A stretch of DNA of 55,395 nt. It comes from Clostridiales bacterium (GTDB lineage: Bacteria > Bacillota > Clostridia > Lachnospirales > Lachnospiraceae). Location of the stretch: positions 167 to 55,561 of the forward strand of contig JAJBVF010000034.1 of the NCBI GenBank assembly GCA_020859965.1, given 5' to 3'. The notes under the pieces were generated by a model. It was given only the letters and a program-made list of their open reading frames with translations, searched no databases and had not been told where the DNA came from. Position 1 is the first letter of the stretch; each line of letters starts with the position of its first letter. Positions 39,681-48,191 of this stretch are shown here, piece by piece. A program made the translations under genes and the position numbers.

Positions 39681-40736
39681 ATGCGTTTTATGCATCTTGC
39701 GGATGTGCATCTGGGAGCGGCGCCGGATCACGGTTATGTCTGGTCAAAGGATCGGGGGCGGGAGCTGTGGGAAACCTTTCGCCAGTGTATTGCCGACGCG
39801 AAGGAAAAGAAAGTGGATTTACTGCTGATCGCGGGAGATCTGTTTCATCGTCAGCCGGAACCACGGGAACTGAAGGAAGTTAATTATCTGTTTTCTACTC
39901 TGGATAATACGGTCGTGGTACTGATGGCAGGCAATCATGACTGCCTGACGCCCGGATCACCGTACCGCGATTATCCATGGAATGAGAACGTGGTTTGCAT
40001 GTTTGCGAAGGAATGCGAGCGTGTGCGGCTTCCGGATCTGAAAACGGAGATTTATGGATTCAGTTACTATGAGCAGGAGCTTCCAATGCCGCTTTATGAC
40101 AATATTGTAGTGGAAAAAAACGATTATTTTAAGATTCTCCTTGCGCATGGAGGCGATGCGCGGCATATTCCGATCAGCCGTGAGAAGCTTTCTGCGGCGG
40201 GATTTGACTACATAGCGCTCGGGCATATCCACAAACCCCAGGTATTTATCCGGAATCTTGCCATGTACGCGGGAGCCCTGGAGCCAATTGACCGCGAGGA
40301 TGTCGGACCGCATGGCTACCTGATCGGGGAAGTGCAGCGCAAAAAGGTGAAGCTTATCTTTGTTGAGAAAGCCCGGAGGCAGTATCGCAAGGAGGAGGTA
40401 GCCGTGACTGAGGAGGATACGACATTTTCTGTGCGCGAAAAGATTGCCGCCATGATACATGAAAAGGGCAGTCAGGATACCTATCAGATCGTCCTTACCG
40501 GGCTTCGCCATCCGGGATTTCGTCCGGATATCGGGGAATATTTAAAATGCGGGCGGATTCTGGAAATCGAAGACCGCACAGCTCCGGCATTTCACTTAGA
40601 AGAGCTGAGGCAGAGATATCGGGGAGGCCTGATCGGCAACTACATAGAAAGCTTCGGGGACGGACCGGAGAGCCTGGTGGAGCAGAAAGCACTCATGCTC
40701 GGCCTGGAAGCGCTGCTATATCCGGAAAATTGCTGA
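39681..40736 (+). CDS. SbcD/Mre11/YhaO-family metallophosphoesterase nuclease
   Basis: HLADVHLG, AGDLF, GNHD, LAHG and DYIALGHIH motifs. Confidence 0.92.
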   Translation: MRFMHLADVHLGAAPDHGYVWSKDRGRELWETFRQCIADAKEKKVDLLLIAGDLFHRQPEPRELKEVNYLFSTLDNTVVVLMAGNHDCLTPGSPYRDYPWNENVVCMFAKECERVRLPDLKTEIYGFSYYEQELPMPLYDNIVVEKNDYFKILLAHGGDARHIPISREKLSAAGFDYIALGHIHKPQVFIRNLAMYAGALEPIDREDVGPHGYLIGEVQRKKVKLIFVEKARRQYRKEEVAVTEEDTTFSVREKIAAMIHEKGSQDTYQIVLTGLRHPGFRPDIGEYLKCGRILEIEDRTAPAFHLEELRQRYRGGLIGNYIESFGDGPESLVEQKALMLGLEALLYPENC

Positions 40737-41008
40737 GAAGAAGGGAAAATTGCTGCGCTGCAGATATGCTGCATTTTTGAACCCGCTGTCGCTCTGGTCG
40801 TTGCTAAACGTCTGCCACTGACAAACAGCAACGGTCGGTTCTTGACGCGTGTCACTGGCACGCAGGATTGTTAAGTGCCGATCGAAGCACAGATCCGTCG
40901 GAATAGCCGACACCCTATGACATAGCTTGCACGGATATTTGGAGGCTCTGACCGGAACGAAGCGCAGAAGCCGTGAGCGCGGCGGCAGATACGAGGGGGA
41001 GGGGAAGT

Positions 41009-42490
41009 ATGGAGATACAGGAACTGATTTTAAAGAAATATGGAAAATTTTCGGATCATCATATTACATTTCGTCCCGGAATCAATATCATTTACGGAGG
41101 GAACGAGACGGGGAAGACGACGATCCATTCATTTATAAAGGCAATGCTTTTTGGCCTGAACCGCGCCCGCGGCCGGGCCGCGAAGATGGATGAATATCAG
41201 ATCCGGCAGCCCTGGGATTCACCGGGCGCATTCTTGGGGAGCATGCGTGTGGTGGAAAATGGAGAAGTCTACCGGATTGACCGCTGCTTTGACAGGAGCG
41301 CGAAGCCCTTAAGTCTCGTCTGCGAGACGAGAATTCTGGAATCAGAGCATCCGCAGGAGGATCTGGACATCCTGCTTGGAGGGATCAGTGAGGCTGCATT
41401 CGTGAACTCAGTGTTTATTTCGCAGGCAAGATGTGAGACTGACGAGGCACTTGCTGAGGAACTGCGCCGGCGCATGGTCAACAGCGATCATTCCATGGAT
41501 GGCGGGATTGATGTTTCCCGGGCATTGCAGATTCTGCGCAAAAAGAAGCGGCAGTGCGAACAGCAGAAAAAGAAAGAAGAGGCTGCTCTGGAGGAAAAAA
41601 TTTCTCAAAAGCAGGGCCGGGCAGACGCTCTGCGGACGGAAATGGAGCAGCTGCGCGCCCAGGCGGCCTGTTATCAGAAGGGAAATGCGGACCAGGCCGA
41701 AGAATTCGCAGCCTCCGAAAAGGAAGAAGCCGGCATTTCTCCGGTGATGCGCGCAGCGCTTACTGCCATGCTTTTTATTGCCGGGGCGCTGACGATGACC
41801 GGGATCTTTTTCGCGTCACAGGAGGCCCTGCGGATTTTTCTGGGCGTGTTTACCGTCATTTTCTGGGTGATGGCGCTGGGGGTTCATGCACTTTTTCGTC
41901 CGCACGGCAAAGAAAAGATGCCGGCAGATGATGCCGGGGAGAACTTGGTAAAATGCCCGCCTGGGCTGATAAAGGAGCTTCAGAAACGGGAAGAGGAATA
42001 CAAGAACCTGCAGGATGATCTGGAGGTTCTCTACCAACAGCATGTCCGCGCCGGCGGCGCCGACACAGAAATAGCGGCTCTTACATTGGCAATCGACCGC
42101 ATCTGTGAGATATCGGATGGTATTTTCCGGACAAACGGAGGACGCATCAACGAGATTGCCTCAGGCATTCTCGAAGAGATTACGATGGGAAGGTATAACC
42201 GCATCGTGCTGGACGACACGGCAGAGGTCCGGATCCACACGCCCGAGCGGGTGCTGGGCTTAAACCAGGTCAGCGGCGGTACCCTGCAGCAGATTTATTT
42301 CGCGCTGCGCATGGCGGCTGGTGAAGTGTTTATGGATAAAACCACACTGCCGGTCATTCTGGATGAAACCTTTGCCATGTACGACGACCGCCGCCTCGAA
42401 GCTACCTTGCGCTGGCTGAAAAACAGCGGCCGCCAGGTCATCCTTTTTACCTGCCAGAACAGGGAACGCGAGATTCTCAAGAAGCTGTGA
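41009..42490 (+). CDS. YhaN/SbcC-like ABC-type ATPase with coiled coil and internal TM hairpin
   Basis: YGKF, GGNETGKTT, FISQ, VSGGTLQQIYFALR, ILDETFAMYDDRR and LFTC motifs. Confidence 0.85.
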   Translation: MEIQELILKKYGKFSDHHITFRPGINIIYGGNETGKTTIHSFIKAMLFGLNRARGRAAKMDEYQIRQPWDSPGAFLGSMRVVENGEVYRIDRCFDRSAKPLSLVCETRILESEHPQEDLDILLGGISEAAFVNSVFISQARCETDEALAEELRRRMVNSDHSMDGGIDVSRALQILRKKKRQCEQQKKKEEAALEEKISQKQGRADALRTEMEQLRAQAACYQKGNADQAEEFAASEKEEAGISPVMRAALTAMLFIAGALTMTGIFFASQEALRIFLGVFTVIFWVMALGVHALFRPHGKEKMPADDAGENLVKCPPGLIKELQKREEEYKNLQDDLEVLYQQHVRAGGADTEIAALTLAIDRICEISDGIFRTNGGRINEIASGILEEITMGRYNRIVLDDTAEVRIHTPERVLGLNQVSGGTLQQIYFALRMAAGEVFMDKTTLPVILDETFAMYDDRRLEATLRWLKNSGRQVILFTCQNREREILKKL

Positions 42491-42547
42491 GTGGCAGACT
42501 GGTTTAACAACACGCTTTCTGAACAAAAGGGATGCCCCCGGATTGTG

Positions 42548-42673
42548 AAAACGCCGCCGGCTCTAAGCTGAAGCCAGACCGTCAGGTGCAAGCTGAGTTT
42601 AGAACCGTTGCGGCGTTTTGTAAGCGGGCATGTGACCGAGAACGTTCTTTTGTTCAAAAACGCTCTCGGTCAC
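42548..42673. terminator. Two stem-loops between convergent genes
   Basis: aaaacgccgc / gcggcgtttt (42548-42557 / 42610-42619) and gtgaccgaga / tctcggtcac (42632-42641 / 42664-42673). Confidence 0.55.
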
Positions 42674-43617
42674 TCATCATAAATCTTCCGGTTGCACAAA
42701 GCCCGGTATTCGGACGGCGTGCAGCCTTTTTTCTTTTTAAAGGTCCGGTTAAAGGTGGACAGGCTGGAAAAGCCGGACTGCAGCGCGACCTCAGTGATGG
42801 TCAGGTCCGGGGAGAACAGCAGGTTTTCCGCGGCGCGGATGCGCAGGATACACAGATAGTCGTAGAAATTGTACCCGGAGCACTGCTTAAACAGCCGGGA
42901 AAAATGGTATTTGGAAAATCCCGCGACCGAAGCGACCGTTTCCAGAGTGAGATCATCACTGTAATGCTGGTCCATATAATCAAAAACCGTGTTCAGCTTT
43001 TCGTACAGGCGGTTTTGCTTCTGGGCGGGTTTTAAAGCTGTGCTGTCAGATTCGTCCTGCTGCATCCGGTATTCGCCATAGTTGGCAAAGAAGTGCAGCA
43101 GACCGGCGTAGCAGTTCAGCTCGCGCAGATGCCCGCCGCAGAAGTATTCCCGGATCATGTACAAGAGCAGGGAGATCTCTTCTTCATGGATGGAAGGACA
43201 ATTGTCCGCCGTGATCAGCACTTCGTGAGAAAAAAAGGCTGTAAAATACGCATATCCCCTGAGACCGGACAGGGCTTCCATGTCGAAAATATAAATCAGC
43301 CTCAGACCGGAGGGCGGAGCGATCAGATGATGAAGTGCCCCCCCTGGGATCAGCAGAATGTCTCCGGGATTCAGCACGTACTTTACCTGTCCGACCACCA
43401 CCGTGTAAGTGTTTTCAAGCGGCATGATCATTTCCGCGGCCTGATGCCAGTGCATCGGGTAGGATTCCGTCTGGCTGTTGATAAAAAAACGCAGGGTAGT
43501 ATCCGGATGATAATTCACCTTTTCCTGGTCACTGTCTATTTTCCGGTGATAACCGTAAGAATCCTGCATCCCGATTTTCAGAAGCTCAGGATCCAGAGTC
43601 AGCGATGAATTTAGCAT
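42670..43617 (-). CDS. AraC-family transcriptional regulator (cupin plus double HTH)
   Basis: MHWH...E, GDILLIP..LH, GFSKYHFSRLFK, ITEVALQSGFSSLSTFNRTFKK..GCTPSEYR. Confidence 0.95.
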   Translation of the reverse strand: MLNSSLTLDPELLKIGMQDSYGYHRKIDSDQEKVNYHPDTTLRFFINSQTESYPMHWHQAAEMIMPLENTYTVVVGQVKYVLNPGDILLIPGGALHHLIAPPSGLRLIYIFDMEALSGLRGYAYFTAFFSHEVLITADNCPSIHEEEISLLLYMIREYFCGGHLRELNCYAGLLHFFANYGEYRMQQDESDSTALKPAQKQNRLYEKLNTVFDYMDQHYSDDLTLETVASVAGFSKYHFSRLFKQCSGYNFYDYLCILRIRAAENLLFSPDLTITEVALQSGFSSLSTFNRTFKKKKGCTPSEYRALCNRKIYDE

Positions 43618-43931
43618 ATGTCAGTTGACACTTCCTTTCCGAAGTCTGTATCTGAAATTTACCTGTAACAGTGAAGGTACTGTCAGTTCCAATTGTCTTT
43701 CTGGTTTGATAAGCAAAAATTGCGCAAAAAATACTGCCTAAATCCGGGGGAAAATGAGCACGTGCCATCCGATATACCTGTCAAAAGACTTCCATTTGCA
43801 AATATGGAAGCGGAATCCTGCATCCTGAAATGAAGCAAACATTCCCCGACGGCTGCAAAGAACAGGCAGGCCGGACAGGGGGAACCCCACCCTTTCCCTG
43901 CCCTTGCGTAGGACTTCTTTAAACTGCCGAA

Positions 43932-43960
43932 AGTATAGCATAAGGCAAAAAAAATAGCAA
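43932..43960 (-). promoter_or_regulatory. Putative sigma70 promoter of the araC-family gene
   Basis: Minus strand TTGCTA, 17 nt, TATACT with extended -10 TG. Confidence 0.65.
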
Positions 43961-44070
43961 TAACTGAGTGGCGAATTTCGCTGGAAAAAGAAGAAAAAAG
44001 CCGGTTTGGGAAAAGTTGACGGAGAAAAAAATAAAAAAGCAATAACTGGCGTCATAATGCGCAAAAACTG
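43957..44070 (+). promoter_or_regulatory. Candidate AraC-type operator half-sites GCAAwAACTG
   Basis: Copies at 43957, 44039 and 44061; the last two are 22 bp apart. Confidence 0.5.
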
Positions 44071-44145
44071 GTAAGCAACGAAAAAGTTTTTGTGCAATAA
44101 TGTTACCATATTTGGTCGTAATATTAAGAGAAGGGAGAAAGAAAA

Positions 44146-45108
44146 ATGGCCGAGACAACGAAAACAAAGAGCAGCAGTGCCGTTTCCGCAAATACGCCTC
44201 CGAAACAGACTTTGGGCAGGCATATACGCAAGTACTGGCAGTGGTACTCGATGATGCTGATACCGATTGTGTATTACATCATTTTCCGCTATGTGCCGAT
44301 GGCGGGCAATATCATCGCGTTCCGCCGTTACCGCGCAGGCAGCAGCATTTTTGGAGATGAATGGAGCGGACTGAAGTATTTCAGGCAGTTCGTCCGGGAT
44401 TCTAATTTCTGGAGAGCGTTTCGGAACACTCTGCTTTTGAACTTTGAGTATCTGATCATCAGCTTTCCGATCACTATCGTTTTCGCACTGCTTCTGAATG
44501 AAGTAAAGAATACGAGATTTAAGAAAGTCGTGCAGACGATCTCCTATCTGCCGCACTTTATTTCCATGGTTATCGTAGCCGGCATGGTGCGTGAGATCCT
44601 CTCTATCAGCGGCCCGATTAACAGCCTCATTACATCCCTTGGCGGCCAGGCGATTACCTTTATCAGTCTGCCGCAGTGGTTCCCGACGATCTTTGTGGTG
44701 ACCGGTGTATGGCAGGGACTTGGATGGAATACGATCCTCTATCTGGCGGCCATGGCCGGCATCAGTCCGGATATGTACGAGGCGGCGGAGCTGGATGGAG
44801 CGAGTAAGTTCCAGCAGTGCATTTATGTGACACTGCCATCGATCCTCCCGACGATTTCAACGTTGCTGATTCTGAACATCGGGCAGCTGTGCGGCTCCGG
44901 CGCGTTTGAGAAGGTTTTCCTTCTGTATCAGCCTACCACTTATGAGACTGCCGATATTATCGCTACATATGTATATCGTATGGGTCTCGGATCTGGTAAC
45001 TACAGCTACGCAACAGCAGTCGGCCTGTTCCAGGGCCTGATTAACCTGACACTCCTGACTGTGGCTAACAAGGTGTCCAAGAAGGTTGCCGGCACCGGCC
45101 TGTACTAA
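44146..45108 (+). CDS. Carbohydrate ABC transporter permease (LplB-like)
   Basis: YVPMAG, YLPHFIS, WQGLGW and EAA loop YEAAELDGA. Confidence 0.93.
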   Translation: MAETTKTKSSSAVSANTPPKQTLGRHIRKYWQWYSMMLIPIVYYIIFRYVPMAGNIIAFRRYRAGSSIFGDEWSGLKYFRQFVRDSNFWRAFRNTLLLNFEYLIISFPITIVFALLLNEVKNTRFKKVVQTISYLPHFISMVIVAGMVREILSISGPINSLITSLGGQAITFISLPQWFPTIFVVTGVWQGLGWNTILYLAAMAGISPDMYEAAELDGASKFQQCIYVTLPSILPTISTLLILNIGQLCGSGAFEKVFLLYQPTTYETADIIATYVYRMGLGSGNYSYATAVGLFQGLINLTLLTVANKVSKKVAGTGLY

Positions 45109-45124
45109 GGAAGGGGGAAGTACG

Positions 45125-46015
45125 ATGGCGAAAAAACACAGTGGTACCGCGATTAAGGTTTCACGGGGGTACCGTATATTTACTGTATGCAACACGATTC
45201 TCATGATACTGATTTGCGTGGTTATGCTTTATCCGTTTTTATACCTGATTGCGCAGTCGTTCTCTTCCTATGACGCGATTGTCGCCGGTAAGGTAGGGCT
45301 TCTTCCGGTAGATTTCAGCGTGAGCACGTATATTTATGTAATCACGAACGGAGTATTTATTCCGGACTACATCAATACGATTGTTTACTCTGTCACCGGT
45401 ACGGCGCTGGCGCTGTTTTTCTCGGCTCTGCTGGCGTACCCGCTCTCCAAGTCCGAGCTGTGGGGCAATAAGATTATCGCTCCGCTGATTATCTTCACGA
45501 TGTATTTTGGCGGCGGCATGATCCCGAACTACCTGCTGATGATCAACCTGGGACTGCAGGATACCGTAGCGGCATTCCTTCTTCCGTCTTTGATCTCTAC
45601 TTATTACGTGATCCTGATGCGCTCTTTCTTTGAGACAGTTCCGAGAGAGCTCGAAGAGGCTGGTGAGATGGATGGACTGAATAAATACGGTGTGTTCTTC
45701 CGGATTGCGCTTCCGCTCTCCAAGCCGATCATCGCGACCATGGTACTGTTTTACTTGGTTATGTACTGGAACGACTGGTTCAACGCGTTCCTGTATCTGG
45801 ATACGCAGAGCAAATGGCCTGTGGCTTATTACCTGAGAAACCTGATTTCCACGGCCGGTTCTTCAACTTCACAGGATGCAGGCGAGACGATCGCGATTGC
45901 GGCGAACATCAAATCCTGCGCGATGGTGCTGACGGCAGCGCCGATCATCTGCGTATATCCGTTCATCCAGAAGTATTTCGTGCAGGGCATGATGCTCGGC
46001 GGCGTAAAGGGCTGA
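45125..46015 (+). CDS. Carbohydrate ABC transporter permease (LplC-like)
   Basis: YFGGGMIPNY, ELEEAGEMDG, YWNDWF and YPFIQKYFVQG..LGGVKG motifs. Confidence 0.93.
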   Translation: MAKKHSGTAIKVSRGYRIFTVCNTILMILICVVMLYPFLYLIAQSFSSYDAIVAGKVGLLPVDFSVSTYIYVITNGVFIPDYINTIVYSVTGTALALFFSALLAYPLSKSELWGNKIIAPLIIFTMYFGGGMIPNYLLMINLGLQDTVAAFLLPSLISTYYVILMRSFFETVPRELEEAGEMDGLNKYGVFFRIALPLSKPIIATMVLFYLVMYWNDWFNAFLYLDTQSKWPVAYYLRNLISTAGSSTSQDAGETIAIAANIKSCAMVLTAAPIICVYPFIQKYFVQGMMLGGVKG

Positions 46016-46213
46016 TGGAAAGATAACCGATCGTTTGCCCTGTATGATGGTCTGCGGATGATGAAAATCCGCCTCCGTTCTGTCGGTGCCTCCGGCAGGC
46101 GGATGCGGCTGCAGATAGCGGGCTTATGATAGACATAACTTGTAGCCGCCGATACGGCCGGAATCGGGCTGATACGGCTCGGTGGTTACCACAAATTTTA
46201 AGGAGGTTTTTTC

Positions 46214-47929
46214 ATGAGGAAGAAAAGAGTAATGAGCATCCTGCTTGCTGCGACGATGGTAGCCTCTCTGGCGACATCCTTCACCGCTTCTGCAAGCGAA
46301 GACACAGACAACGGCGACGGCAGCTATTACAACTCCGAGCTGGGATACACCTATGGCTCCACATTCTGGTCAGATGAGCCGGTGACCTACACCATGTTCT
46401 TCAATGACAATGATGCGTATCCGATCAAGGACAGCTGGTACGAAGAGGGCGGTATTTTTGATACCATCACCAAGATGACCAATGTAACTCTGGATATCAC
46501 GGTTGTAAACAATGCAAGCTATTCAGACAAGGTAACACTGGCCATCTCCGGCGGCACAGCTCCGTATATTATCCCGAAGATGTACAGCGAGACCGCATAT
46601 GTGACCGGCGGCGGCATCGTAGCAGTATCGGATTATGTGGACTATATGCCGAACTACTCCGGCATGATCGAGGATTATGATCTGCAGAGTGAGGTAGATA
46701 CACTCCTGCAGGAGGACGGCAGCTATTACCGTCTGCCGGGTCTGAAGGAGACTGCTCTTCAGGACTACTCTCTGCTGATCCGTTCTGATATCTTTGAGGC
46801 AGCTGGCTATGATGTGACCACCCTTGAGGATGACTGGACCTGGGATGAGTTTACAGATATTCTGGTTGATGTAAAGGCTTATATGGTAGAGCAGGGCATG
46901 ATCAGCGAGTCTGATTACATCTGGTCTGACCGCTGGTGCGGTGCTACCTCCGGATACGGCCAGGGCGGCTGCCTGCTGAATCTGATCGCGGCTACCTACG
47001 GCATCCACAGCGGATGGTCCATTACATCCAATTCCGCAGGTCTGTACTTTGACTGGGACAACGATGAGTTCGTGCTCAGCGCTACGAGCGATGCTTACAA
47101 AGAGTACATGAGCGTAGTACAGCGTCTGGTAAGCGAGGGCATCCTTGATCCGGAGACCTGGAGCCAGGAAGATGATACTGCTGACGGCAAGTTCTATCGC
47201 GGCGAGACTGCAATCATTTCCACAAACCGTTCTTCTTATACATCACAGATCGATGGTCTGACCTCTCAGCTCGGCGAGGGCAACTTCTCCGTATATGAGG
47301 TCGTGATCCCGGTTGGCACAAACAACTATCAGGCAGAGAATTCCCGCCTGGAGTGCGGCGTCTGCATTTCTTCGACTGCTCTGGACGAGCTGGGCGAGGA
47401 TGAGTTCATCAAGATGATGCGTTTCGTTGACTGGCTGTGGTATTCCGAAGCTGGTCTGACCATGACCAAGTGGGGCGTTGAGGGTGAGACCTACACCGTT
47501 GAGGATGGCGTTTACTCTCTGACAGATGATTACTACTGCGGCGGCCTGTCTATCGCTCAGACCTCTGACGATCAGACCGATATGCGTCTTGAGTATGGCT
47601 ATGCATGCGGCAACTTTATGTACAGCGGCAGCCTGGAGCTTCTGACCAGCAACTTCTCGACCGAGCTGCAGGATTACTACAACAGAATGGCAGAGTACAG
47701 AGAGCTGAGTGAGATTGACCCGTCCATCGCGATGAGCGAGGATGACGCGGAGATGGCGAACCTGTGGGCAACACCTCTGCAGGATACCATCAACACCTGG
47801 ACACTGAAGTTCGCTATGGGCCAGGCAGACGTAGAAGCTGACTGGGATACCTACGTGGCAGAAGTGGAAGCACAGAACGCGTCCAGCCTTGTGAACCTGT
47901 ACAATGATTACTATCAGGCAAGCAAGTAA
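46214..47929 (+). CDS. Extracellular solute-binding protein of the carbohydrate ABC transporter
   Basis: Signal peptide MRKKR...TASA; WTWDE, EGILDPE and WGVEGETY patterns; operon context; AGGAGG RBS. Confidence 0.88.
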   Translation: MRKKRVMSILLAATMVASLATSFTASASEDTDNGDGSYYNSELGYTYGSTFWSDEPVTYTMFFNDNDAYPIKDSWYEEGGIFDTITKMTNVTLDITVVNNASYSDKVTLAISGGTAPYIIPKMYSETAYVTGGGIVAVSDYVDYMPNYSGMIEDYDLQSEVDTLLQEDGSYYRLPGLKETALQDYSLLIRSDIFEAAGYDVTTLEDDWTWDEFTDILVDVKAYMVEQGMISESDYIWSDRWCGATSGYGQGGCLLNLIAATYGIHSGWSITSNSAGLYFDWDNDEFVLSATSDAYKEYMSVVQRLVSEGILDPETWSQEDDTADGKFYRGETAIISTNRSSYTSQIDGLTSQLGEGNFSVYEVVIPVGTNNYQAENSRLECGVCISSTALDELGEDEFIKMMRFVDWLWYSEAGLTMTKWGVEGETYTVEDGVYSLTDDYYCGGLSIAQTSDDQTDMRLEYGYACGNFMYSGSLELLTSNFSTELQDYYNRMAEYRELSEIDPSIAMSEDDAEMANLWATPLQDTINTWTLKFAMGQADVEADWDTYVAEVEAQNASSLVNLYNDYYQASK

Positions 47930-48025
47930 TTAAGGTCATAACTGACGGATTTGTAACTGTGAAGGCACTGAACAGTTACGATGGATTTGTAAAATTGATT
48001 CTGCGATACTGTGGGATCATGGGTG

Positions 48026-48057
48026 GGGGATCGACCGCAGGGTCGGTCCCCTTTTTT
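48026..48057 (+). terminator. Rho-independent terminator after the solute-binding protein gene
   Basis: ggggatcgacc-gcag-ggtcggtcccc followed by T6. Confidence 0.88.
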
Positions 48058-48125
48058 GCACAGAGCCGGGCAAGGAGTACCAAACAAAGCTTGTTTGAAA
48101 TAAGCCTTGCAGGGTGTTTTGGGGC

Positions 48126-48154
48126 TTGAGAGAATACAGTCGGTGCGATATACT
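48126..48154 (+). promoter_or_regulatory. Putative sigma70 promoter of the esterase-GH115 genes
   Basis: TTGAGA, 17 nt, TATACT. Confidence 0.65.
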
Positions 48155-48191
48155 CCTATGGAAAAAAATTCTCGGGGAGGAAGAGGAAGGT

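Noticed and set aside
46016-46213. ncRNA or riboswitch before the binding-protein gene
   Set aside because: Stems are present but match no motif I recognise; an ordinary mRNA-stabilising structure is sufficient
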